NCBI RefSeq assembly: GCF_009834535.1
Contig: NC_045697.1
Span: 111,664,001 to 111,728,000, forward strand
Length of the DNA: 64,000 bases
DNA from: Camelus ferus
Lineage: Eukaryota
Direction of reading: 5' to 3'
Every line of letters begins with the position of its first letter. The first letter of the stretch is position 1. Positions 50,185 to 61,480 of the stretch are shown here, in pieces. A program made the position numbers and the translations under genes. The notes beneath the pieces were generated by a model, which saw only the letters and a list, made by a program, of their open reading frames with translations, made no database searches and was not told where the DNA came from.

Positions 50185-52354
50185 TTTTTTTTTAACATTT
50201 TTTATTGATTTATAATCATTTTACAATGTGTCAAATTCCAGTGTTCAGCACAATTTTTCAGTCATTCATGGACATATACACACTCATTGTCACATTTTTT
50301 TCTCTGTGAGTTATCATGACATTTTGTGTATATTTCCCTGTGCTATACAGTGTAATCTTGTTTATCTATTCTACAATTTTGAAATCCCAGGCTATCCCTT
50401 CCCACCCTCCACCCCCCGGTAACCACAAGTCTGTATTCTCTGTGAGTCTATTTCTGTCCTGTGTTTACACTTTGTTTTTGTTTGTTTTTGTTTTTGTTTT
50501 TTAGATTCCACATATGAGCGATCTCATATGGTATTTTTCTTTCTCTTTCTGGCTTACTTCACTTAGAATGACATTCTCCAGGAGCATCCGTGTTGCTGCA
50601 AATGGCATTATGTTGTCGGTTTTTATGGCTGAGTGGTATTCCATTGTATAAATATACCACATCTTCTTTATCCAGTCACCTGTTGATGGACATTTAGGCT
50701 GTTTCCATGTTTTGGCTATTGTAAATAGTGCTGCTATGAACATTGGGGTGCAGGTGTCATCCTGAAGTAGATTTCCTTCTGGATACAAACCCAGGAGTGG
50801 GATTCCTGGGTCATATGGTAAGTCTATTCCTAGTCTTTTGAGGAATCTCCACACTGTTTTCCATAGTGGCTGCACCAAACTGCATTCCCACCAGCAGTGT
50901 AGGAGGGTTCCCCTTTCTCCACAGCCTCTCCAGCATTTGTCATTTGTGGATTTTTGAATGACGGCCATTCTGACTGGTGTGAGGTGATACCTCATTGTAG
51001 TTTTGATTTGCATTTCTCTGATAATTAGTGATATTGAGCATTTTTTCATGTGCTTTTTGATCATTTGTATGTCTTCCTTGGAGAATTGCTTGTTTTGGTC
51101 TTCTGCCCATTTTTGGATTGGGTTGTTTATTTTTTTCTTATTGAGTCGTATGAGCTGCTTATATATTCTGGAGATCAAGCCTTTGTCGGTTTCACTTGCA
51201 AAAATTTTCTCCCATTCCGTAGGTTTTCTTCTTGTTTTACTTCTGGTTTCCTTTGCTGTGCAGAAGCTTGTAAGTTTCATTAGGTCCCATTTGTTTATTC
51301 TTGCTTTTATTTCTTCTAGGAGAAAATTTTTGAGATGTATGTCAGATAATGTTTTGCCTATGTTTTCCTCTAGGAGGTTTATTGTATCTTGTCTTATGTT
51401 TAAGTCTTTAGTCCATTTTGAGTTGATTTTTGTATATGGTGTAAGGGAGTGTTCTAGCTTCATTGTTTTACATGCTGCTGTCCAGTTTTCCCAACACCAT
51501 TTGCTGAAGAGACTGTCTTTATTCCATTGTATATTCTTACCTCCTTTGTCGAAGATGAGTTGACCATAAGTTTGTGGGTTCATTTCTGGGCTCTCTATTC
51601 TGTTCCATTGGTCTATATGTGTGTTTTGGTACCAATACCATGCTGTCTTGATGACTGTAGCTCTATAGTATTGTCTGAGGTCTGGGAGAGTTATTCTTCC
51701 AGCCTCTTTCTTTCTCTTCAGTAATGCTTTGGCAATTCTAGGTCTTTGATGGTTCCATATAAATTTTATTATGATTTGTTCTAGTTCTGTGAAATATGTC
51801 CTGGGTAATTGGATAGGGACTGCATTAAATCTGTAGATTGCCTTGGGCAGTGTGACCATTTTAACAATATTGATTCTTCCAATCCAAGAGCATGGAATAT
51901 CTTTCCATTTTTTAAAGTCTTCTTTAATTTCCTTCATCAATGGTTTATAGTTTTCTGTGTATAATTCTTTCACCTCCTTGGTTAGATTTATTCCCAGATA
52001 TTTTATTACTTTGGGTGCTATTTTAAAGGGGATTGTTTCTTTACTTTCTTCTTCTGTTGATTTATCGTTAGTGTAAAGAAATGCAACTGATTTTTGAACG
52101 TTAATTTTGTAACCTGTTACCTTGCTGAATTCTTCAATCAGCTCTAGTAGCTTTTGTGTGGACCTTTTAGGGTTTTCTATATATAGTAACATGACATCAG
52201 CATATAATGACACTTTTACCTCTTCTTTTCCAATTTGGATCCCTTTTATTTCTTTCTCTTGCCTGACTGCTGTGGCTAGGACTTCCAGGACTATGTTGAA
52301 TAGGAGTGGTGATAGTGGGCATCCTTGTCTTGTCCCAGATTTTAGTGGGAAGCT
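50185..52354 (-). mobile_element. Very young 5'-truncated LINE-1 (ORF2 RT C-terminal part, CCHC domain, 3' UTR)
   Basis: Uninterrupted ORF2 frame from the junction at 52354 ([19 protein letters not shown]) to the stop at 50501, about 617 codons. CWRGC..HCWWEC knuckle present. Perfect 13-bp TSD agtcttcctttat (50172-50184 and 52355-52367). Confidence 0.97.
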
Positions 52355-52638
52355 AGTCTTCCTTTATATATAAGGATAGTCTTCAGTTTATATTTGTTGG
52401 AAATATTTCCTAATTTGCTTCGGGTTCTTTTGCTAGGTGCTCTGCAAACACCACAGCCTGGATTCTGTCCCCACAGTGTTGGTGGAAAGTTCACTGCACA
52501 TCGGGTGAGAGTGGCACTGGCTTGAGGGAATGTTAGCATAGCCAAGCTTCTGCTGGAGGCCTTTTTCCCTCTTCCAGGGATTCTAGCCAAAGTCTTACTT
52601 AATTCAAGTTAATTCCTTTCCCTTTTTTTTCTCCAAAG

Positions 52639-52775
52639 CAGGGTTCTCCAACTTCAGCACTGTTGACATTTTGTGTTGGAGGATCTTTGTTGTGGGAACT
52701 TCCCTGTGCATTGTAGGATGTTTGGCAGTATTTCTGGCTCCTGGGATGCCCATAGCAACCTCCAGTCTCCATACA
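52639..52775. mobile_element. MER20-like hAT DNA transposon remnant
   Basis: cagggttctccaacttcagcactgttgacatttt...cctgtgcattgtaggatgtttggcag. Confidence 0.75.
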
Positions 52776-53559
52776 TAAGCATTTCATTTCATTTAACACT
52801 TGATGTTCAATTGAGAACTGACATGCCTGACATGCACCAGAGGGTGTTGGAGGTGTTGGGAATGCAGGGGCCAATCAGAAGAGGTTTCTGTTCTCGTGGA
52901 GTCTACATTCTACTGGCTGGAGTGGAGTGCTGGAGGGGGAGGTGGAAGTGAACGCTGTAGACAGATAAGCCAACTGTTGGGTTTGATGGATATGAATCTT
53001 CTGTAAATTAGACCACGTGGAGTATTCTGATGTTAATGTCACTTGTGGAAAGAATTTAGCTTTTGTGTTTTGTAGCCATTCAGAAAACTGAATGGCAAAC
53101 AAAATGAACTTAGTGTCCTCCCCCTATCCTTTTTCATGGAAGACAACGTTATTTAGTGATCTCGCAACCTGATCAGAGATGCTTTTCGGAGTCTTGAATA
53201 CAAAACTCCTATCTGTCAGTCTCATGAATTCTTGAGGAAACAAACCTCAACTATGTGATAATCACAAGTCAGAAGAATCTCAAAACATCCCCTGGGTTTC
53301 CTGAGGAAGAGTGTTTCCCTTCAGGCTTTTGTTCACATGTCTTTCTCAGTGAGGCCTTCTCCCCACACTCAGCCCTCTGTCTCCCTTATCCTTCTAGGGG
53401 TTCAGAATATGTCACCCCAAAATATGCCACTTTGGCATATTGATTATTTTGAACTAAAGTTACCTGACAACCACTACAAGAAGGAAACTCTGACCCTCCT
53501 TTGTTCCTGTGAAATCAGGGGATAAACCTCCCATGTAAAAGGTACCCTCCCCGTACCAG

Positions 53560-54200
53560 TGAAACGGAGCAGGACTCTCTAGGGCCCTCCTGAGTACAAA
53601 AGCCCCTCCATGCCCTCAGTTCTTGTTTGTATAAAAAGGCTTTAGTTTCCTAGGCTTTTCCTAGGCCTTTCCTGAGTTCCAAAGAGCAGTTACTTATTAG
53701 GGAAAGGAGGGAGTGCAGAACCAAAGGGAAAGCAGTCAAGAAACAATAGTACAGCAATAAAACAGTCCTAGTTCCTCCTCATGGGATACACATAACAATC
53801 TGATGCATATGTTTGAGTTCTGCAGGAACTAAGACCCCCCACCCCGGTGGAGGACAGTGACTGCATGCTGGGCACAATCATGTAGACCCCAGACCTGGAG
53901 CCAGAAGGTAGATGATTAAGATTTCTGAAACACCACCCTGTTACCTCACCACCAACCTGTCAGAGGACAGGTATCACCACAAACCTGTCATGCACCCTGC
54001 AGCCCTCACCCCAAAGGTTGCCTTTAAATTAAAACTCTTCCCTCAAAGCCATCAGGGAGTTCGGGACTCTTAAGCACAAGCTGCTCGCTCTTCTTATTTG
54101 GGGCCTGAAATAAATGTTGGACTTTGTTCACCACAACGTGGTATCAGTAGATTGGCTTGACTGCACGTGGGTGAGCAGACCCAGTTTGGATCTGGTAACA
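53560..54200 (+). mobile_element. ERV1-type solo LTR nested in the MER34-like LTR
   Basis: tgaaac...ggtaaca ends, near-TSD CCAG/CCAA, AATAAA at ~54109. Confidence 0.8.
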
Positions 54201-54264
54201 CCAAGAAGACATCCTTATCACCGGATGGGGAATTTAGGGCCAGGAAGGCTGTGTAAACAAACCT

Positions 54265-54690
54265 TGCAGAGGGGAAGAAAAATAATTTTCCCTCTACCCT
54301 TCTAAGTTCTTGACTGAGAACTGTCTGTAAGAAAAGATAATAAACAGGAGAAGTTTAATAACATGTATACCTCCTGTGGTCATAGGAGACCCGAGAAAAC
54401 TGAGTAACTCCCCCAAATGGCCCAAGCCACCACCTTAGATGCCATCTCCAGCTAAGGACAAAGAGGATGTTGGGGAGTGGGGGAGCTGGTTACAGGAGGC
54501 TATAGGAAAAGCACAGTCAACAAGAGCAGGGTTGTTATGCAGATGTAGGACTTTGCCCTCTCCCTTGGTAGGGCTTGTGAAGATGTAGAGTCATCCTCCT
54601 CTTCCTGGTACAGAGGAGGAGATACACTTATAAATGGAGATTTCATTTATAAATGTAAATGTTTCTCACAAAAGGGTAGCTTCTGGCTTT
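54265..54690 (-). mobile_element. Truncated MER34-like LTR, inverted relative to the host
   Basis: Colinear with 39839-40260 (gaaaaataattttccctctacccttcta...ctcacaaaagg). Confidence 0.72.
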
Positions 54691-55481
54691 GGTTACTTCT
54701 TTGCATCTCATTTTTTATGGGGCTCCTACATGTACAAAATTAAATCTGTTTTTCTCCTGTTAACCTGTTTTATATTTATTTTCTTATTAAACCAGCAAAA
54801 GAAACTAGGAGGGAAGAAGGGAAGATTTTTCTGCTGCTACACCTTTTTTTCCCCCATTGTACTTCCCACCCTCCATATTATATAATTTACTTATTTACTT
54901 TGTTTTTCTCTCCCCTGACTAGAAGGTAATGTATTCATTTCAGATGTAGCATAGATTTCAAAGTGAAAATATACAACCATTATCCAGCATGATACACAAG
55001 TGCACAAAGACATGCAAAATCATGGCAGGAGTGTTGATAACAGTGAAAATGGGAGAGGAGGTTATCTCAATATGATAAAGGATGTATGAGAATACATACA
55101 ATGAGATAGTTTCAGGTAATTAACTACATATACACATACATATATACTGATTTGGAAGATGTCCAGTCCCATATACAAAATCAAAAATAAACTTACCAGT
55201 ATGGGAAAAATATTTATAATGTAAGAGTCAAGTATTCCTATTTAAGATTTTCATTTTGAAAAGATATAATGCAACAGAAAACAGACAAAGATAGTAGGAA
55301 ACATCAAATAAGTTCCCATTAACATAAAAATTAGGACAAAAATGTCCACATATTATTATTCCTGAGGTTTCAACAAAACATTCAGTTAAGAAAAAGAATA
55401 TGAATCTTTATAGATTGAAGAGGTAATGGTAAAATTACCATTATTTGCATATAATATGATTGAATACCCAGAAAAACTCCA

Positions 55482-57395
55482 CAGACATAAATACAACTTG
55501 AAGTGCACTAATATTCTCATTAGAGGGGTCCCAGAAAGAGAAGAGGGAGAGACAGGACCTGAGAAAATTTCTGAAGAGATAATAACTGAAAATTTCCCTC
55601 GCTTGGGAAAGGAAACAGTCACCCAAGTCTAGGAAGCACAGAGAGTACCACACCAAGGCACATAGTCATCAAACTGACAAAAATTAAGGATAAGGAGAAA
55701 ATATTAAAATCAGCAAGAAAAAAGCAACAAATAACATACAAGGGAATTCTCATAAGGTTATCAGCTGATTTTTCAGCAGAAACTCTACAAGCCACAAGGG
55801 AGTGGCATGATATATTTAAAGTGATGAAAGGGGAAAACTTAGAACCAAGAATACTCTATCCAGCAAGACTCTCATTCAGACTTGATGAGAAATCAAAAGC
55901 TTCACAGATAAACAAAAGCTAAAAGAATTCACCACCACCAAACCAGCATCACAACAAATGTTAAAGGAACGTTTCTAGTCATCAAACCATAAGAAAACAG
56001 AACAAAAAGAAGAAAGAGGAAAAAAAATTTAAAAGACCTACAAAAGATCGCTTTGGCAATTTGAGGTCTTCTGTGGTTCCAGATAAATTCTGGAATTGTT
56101 TGAACTAGTTCTGTGAAGAAAGAATGTTGTGAGTATTTTGATAGGGGTTGCAGTAGATCTGTAGATTGCTTTGGGTAGTAGGTAGTACAGCCATTTTGAT
56201 CATCTTGATTCTCCCAATCCAGGACTACAAGGTATCTTTCCATTTCTTTGTATCATCTTCAATTTCCTTCATCAGCGTTGTACAGTTTTTAGAGTATAGG
56301 TGACCTCCTTGGTTAAGTTTATTTCCAGGTATTTTGTTGTTTTTGATGCAATGGAAATGTTTATGCCAGTTATAAAATTCTGATTTTTGAAGTGCAAAAA
56401 AAAAAAAAAAAGTGAATGAAGGGCTGCAAATGGCAAAATATCCTTCTTTATTATGGGTGAGTTGTATTCCATTGCATATATGTGCTACATCTTCTTTATC
56501 CACTCATCTATTGATGTGCACTTAAGATGCTTCCATATCTTGACAATTATAAATGATGTTGCTGTTAATAGTAGGGTGTATGTATCTTTTTGAATTAACA
56601 TTTTTTTTTGCTCAGATATATGCCCAGGAGTGGAACTGCTGGGCCATATGATGGTTCTATTTTTAGATTTTTGAGAACCCCCCATATTGTTTTCCATAGT
56701 GGCTGCACCATTTTACATTCCCACCAACAGTGTACCAGGGTTCCCTTTTCTCCTTGCCAACATTTGTTATTTGTGTTCTTTTTATTGATGGTCATTCTGA
56801 CAGGTGTGAGATTTGCATTTCCTTGATATTAGTGATGTTGAGCAACTTTTCATGTTCCTGTTGGCCATCTGCATCTCCTCTTTTAGGAAAATGTCTGTTT
56901 AGTCCTGCTCATGTTTTAAATGGGTTGGTTTTTTGTTTGTTTGCTTTTTAATTAAAGTACAGTTGATTCAAAACGTTGTGTTAGTCTCTGGTGTCCATCA
57001 TGGAGGGACTTGGAGGGCATTATGCTAAGTGAAATAAGCCAGGCAGAGAAAGACAAATATTATAAGATACCACTTACACGTGGAATCAAAAAAATACAAC
57101 AAACTTGTGAATATAACAGAAAAGAAACAGACTCACAGATGGAGAGAAGGAACTAGTGGTTACCAGTGGGGAGAGGGAAGAAGGAGGGGTAATGAGGTGG
57201 AGAATTAAGAGGTACAAACTATCAGGTATAAAATCAGCTACAAGGCTGTGCTGTACAACATGGGGAACACAGCCAATATTTTATATTAACTATAAATGGA
57301 GTATAACCTTTAAAAATTGTGAACCACTCTATTGTATACCTGTAACATATAATATTGTACATCAACTATACTTCAATTAAAAATGATATTATAAA
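55482..57395. mobile_element. Composite rearranged LINE-1 insertion (ORF1 sense, ORF2 pieces antisense, 3' end sense)
   Basis: ORF1 motif NILIRGVPEREEGETGPEKISEEIITENFP on +, ORF2 motifs on - (56050-56940), sense 3' UTR and A tail at 56999-57400. Flanked by a ~90-bp direct repeat. Confidence 0.85.
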
Positions 57396-57524
57396 AAAAA
57401 GAATATGAATCTTTATAGAGTAAAAACATAATGATAGAATTACCATTATTTGCAGATAATATGTTTGAATACCCAGAAAACTCCAAAGGACCTATTGGAA
57501 AGACTATTATTAAAAAAAAATACA

Positions 57525-57670
57525 GTGAGGAGGGAGGTAGAGCTCAGTAGTAGAGCGCGTGCTTAGCATGCACAAGGTCCTAGGTCCAATCCCCTGTACT
57601 TCCATTAAATTTAAATAAATAAATAAACCTAATTTCCCACCCCTACCAAAAAGACCAAACAAACAAACAA
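57525..57670 (+). mobile_element. tRNA-derived SINE
   Basis: A and B boxes plus tail; aaatacag flanking repeats. Confidence 0.87.
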
Positions 57671-58672
57671 ATACAGAAATTAGAGAATTTAGTAACGTGG
57701 CTGGGTGCAAAGTTAATATGTAAAAATCTGTTGCTTTATACAAGGAACTACCAGTTAGAAGATACAATTCAAGAAAAGCCCTCATCCAAAAAAAAAGAAA
57801 AGAAAAGAAAAAGAAAAGAAAAGAAAAGAAAAGAAAAGAAAGAATACAAAAACAAACAAAAGTAAAAGACAGAATTTTAAAAAGCAAAAAATTTTAAAAA
57901 TAACAAAAAAAAAAACACAAAAAAGAGAAAAAGTCTCATCTATAGTAACAACAAAAACGATTAAATACCCAGATCTTTTTGAAGAAAACTTGGGAACACT
58001 GCTGAAAGATACAAAAGAAGCCTCGAAAAGGCATGACATGCTCAGAAAGTGGCTTGACGCCATTACGCGGCGTTCTCCCTCAGTGAACGTGTGTGTCTAC
58101 AAGAGGACTAAAGCTATATGTAAGAGACTGGGCACAATAACGTTACAATGTTCTGTTATTAGAGTAATGGAAATAATTACACAGAGATACTGTCCAGGGA
58201 TAATCAGATCAACAAAATGAAGTAGGAAATGAAGAAATAGACCAAAATACATATGGGAGCTTAGTATATAAAGGTGACACTTAAAATCTCACAGAAAAGT
58301 TAGCTCTGTCAGTAAGTGGTATTAAGACAAGTGGGTAGAGCACCAAGGAAAAACACTTGGGTTATTATCTCCATCTTACTATGCATATCGTCTAAATCTA
58401 GCTGATTCAAAGATTTCATGGTTTAAAATGAAACTTTTAAAGTATTAGAAATAAACAGTGGGATAGGTTTTTAAAATCATTTCAGAGGCAGGAACTCTTG
58501 AGTGTTTTTAAGGTTGGCATAGAAGCCATAGGTGAAAAGCCTGATACATTTAACTACGTAAAAGTTAAAACTTCCCCTTGGGAAAAACTACTCCAAGATG
58601 AACAAGACAAAAGTTATAGGACAAGTAAGAAACTGTAAAAAAACATTTACAATTTAAGTCATAGGCTGAGAG

Positions 58673-59550
58673 TGTGATTTATAATAAGAAATATAGATTT
58701 AGCACAGATCTCCTAAAGCCCTTGAAACTTCCTATGTGATAAGAGCAATGAGAGCGTCTTTTGTTACAATACTTGGCCTTCTGCTATCAATTTTTTTTTC
58801 CAGCGAGGTACTGGGGGTTGAACCCAGGACCTCATGCATGCTAAGCACGTGCTCTACCACTGAGCTCTACCCTTCCGGTCATCAATTCTCAAAAGCTCCA
58901 ATGCCATAGAAGTGAAAAGGTAACAATCCCCTTTCAACCACAGCTGAGCTTATGTTCATAGGTGCCTTTTGGAAAGGACCTAAGGATTGGGGCTGGTTGC
59001 CTGGGAAACTGACCAAATTCCTTTCTACCAACTTCTAGGGAGGGGAGAGGGGAGGGGAGAGGGGCTGAAGGTCAAACCAGTCACCAATGGCCAATGATTT
59101 AACCTTTCCTGCCTATGTAACAAAGTCTCCGTAAAACCTCAAAAGGATGGGGCCTGGATGTTCTTGAGAGCACGTGGAGACGAGGAGAGGGTACCAGTGC
59201 TCAGAGGGGTGTGGAAGCCTTGCCCCTTCTCATACGCCTTGCCTCATGCATCGCTCCCATCCAGCTGTTTCTGAGTTACAGCCTTTCAGAATAAGCCGGT
59301 AATTTAGTAAATCAAATGTTTTCCTGAGCTCTGTGAGCTGCTCTAGGAAATTAAAGGAAGCTAAGGAGAGGCTTGTGGGAAGCACGAATGACAACCTGGG
59401 CTTGTGATTGGCTCCTCAGCATGGAGGTGGGTGGAGGGGCAGGGACAGCCTCGTGGGACTGAGCCCCTAAACCTGTGGGAGGGGCCATGATCTCCAGGTT
59501 CGTGGTTTGGGGAGACACCCAGCTGGCTGATGTCGCAGAATTTTGATGTG
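58673..59550. mobile_element. MER21-like LTR containing a minus-strand SINE (58791-58878)
   Basis: Colinear with 34107-35042; the SINE is flanked by atcaatt repeats. Confidence 0.75.
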
Positions 59551-60412
59551 TGAGAGAAGACACACGGCGGGGGGGAGGGGGGTTCCCTTGCACAGACGAA
59601 GGGCAGAATTTTCTAATATAAAAAGAACAACTACCACCAAAATATGAACAGAGTTCACAGAAAAGGAAACACAAATGCTTCATAAGCCTTTTAAAAGATG
59701 GTAAATCTCGGTCCTAAGGAGAATTCGAACTGACCTGCGTGAGATAGCAAACCAGACGTGTGAACGTGTGACTGCCCTGTGAACGAGGGTGAGGGCGACC
59801 AGCCCACTGGGACGCGTGAACTGCGGAAGGCAGATTCAGAAATATCTGCCAAAACGGCAAATGCTTATGACCTTTATTCAGCAATACCACTTCCAGGAAT
59901 TTATCCTAGGGACATGCTTCCACCTATGGTGAAAGCATTAATTGCATGATTATTTGTTGTAACCAAAATTAGAACACAAATGAAATGTCCATCAGGAGAA
60001 GACTGGCTACATAACACCATCAAAAAGAACGAGGAAGTCATCTACTTACTGAGAAGAAATAATCTCCGTATGTTTTTGAGAAAAAACACAGTACAGACTA
60101 GATATTATGCTACCATCTGTGTAAAAAGAAGATATGTGTACATTTTCCATATAAATGTGTTTCCTTATGTATGCACTGACTGTCTCTAAACCTATAAAAA
60201 CTAGTATCTCTGGTTGCCTCCGAGAAGGGGAACTAGGTAGCTGAGAAATGAGTGGAAGGGGATGTCATTATCTGTCCCTTTCTACCTTTTGAATTTTGAA
60301 AATTGTTTTTTATACCTATTCAAATATTAAATTTCAGATTTTAAAAAGCAAAGCAAAGAAAAATAAGCAAACAAAAAGATGCAGCTCATAGACAAAACAG
60401 TGCTTAAAACTA

Positions 60413-61000
60413 CAGGCACACCTCAGAGATGTTGCAGTTTCCATTCCAGACACCGCAGTAAAGTGACTATCACAGTAAAGTGAGTCACTTGAATTTTGGG
60501 ATTTCCCAGTGTGTGTAAAAGTTTGTTACTATAGACTGTTAAATGTGCGATAGCATTGTGTCGAAGGAAACAAGGTACATACCTTAATTAAGAAGTACTT
60601 TAGGAGGGTCGGGGTATAGCCCAGTGGTAGAGCCAGTGCTTAGCACGCACAAGGTCCTGGGTTCAATTCCCAGTACCTCCAACTGAAAAAAAATAAAGTT
60701 ACCAATAAATAAATAAAACCTACCTGCCTAAAGACTGGGCTGTCTTAAAAAAAAAAAACAACAAAAAAACCCTCATTACTAGAAAATGCTAAGCCCTCAG
60801 TGAGTTGTTAATTTTAGCAACAGTAACATTGTGAGAATTACCAAAATGTGACACACAGACAGGAAGTGTGCAAATACTGTTGGAAAAATGGCAACAATGA
60901 GTTGCTCAAGGCAGGGTTGCCACAAACCTTCAATTTGTTATTAAAAAACAAAAACAAAAACCACAGTATCTTTGAAGAACAATAAAGCAAGGTCTGTCTG
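60413..61000. mobile_element. Internally deleted Tigger1-type DNA transposon containing a SINE (60603-60770)
   Basis: Left flank TA, degenerate terminal inverted repeats caggcacacct... and ...aggtctgtctg, Tigger1-like subterminal text. Confidence 0.8.
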
Positions 61001-61444
61001 CAACTAAAAAGATGCTCCACTCTCTTACCTATCAGGGAGGTAGACACAAGTCAAACAGGGCATTTTGGGGAAGCGGAGTAGCGAGAGTGTAGAGATTGGT
61101 TATGTCCACTTTGGGCAGGAGTGTGCAGAAATGGGCGTGCGGATGTGGTGATAAGGGGCTCGTAACTGGAATAGCACTTGTAGTGGTAATTTGACCAAAT
61201 AATTTTCACTCCAACCATCTTTCCTGCAAAAGTATTCATGTGTGAAGGGTTACATAAGTGAAGATTTACTCATTATTTTTCAATATTAGGCAACTGAAAA
61301 AGATTCCTAGGTGAATCCTTAAAGAAGTTCTGATAGATTCATGGCATGAAACCCTGCAGCATTTTGAAAAATGACCTTGGCATCTGCATCTCTGTATCTA
61401 TATCCCCCAACGTGAAGTTGTGACATCCCACTTAGGTTAAAAAT

Positions 61445-61445
<1 letters not shown>

Positions 61446-61478
<33 letters not shown>
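61446..61478. repeat. (GT)n microsatellite
   Basis: About 16 uninterrupted GT units. Confidence 0.9.

Positions 61479-61480
<2 letters not shown>

Larger units (their letters stand above)
53394..54841 (+). mobile_element. MER34-like LTR (host) interrupted by two further LTRs
   Basis: ggggttcagaatatgtcaccccaaaatatgccactttggcata start, ...ctgctgctaca end, flanking CCTT/CCTT. Confidence 0.75.

Noticed and set aside
50501..52213. 570-aa ORF as a host gene or novel reverse transcriptase system
   Set aside because: It is the C-terminal half of LINE-1 ORF2 in a 5'-truncated copy with TSD and poly(A). It has no promoter or true start.
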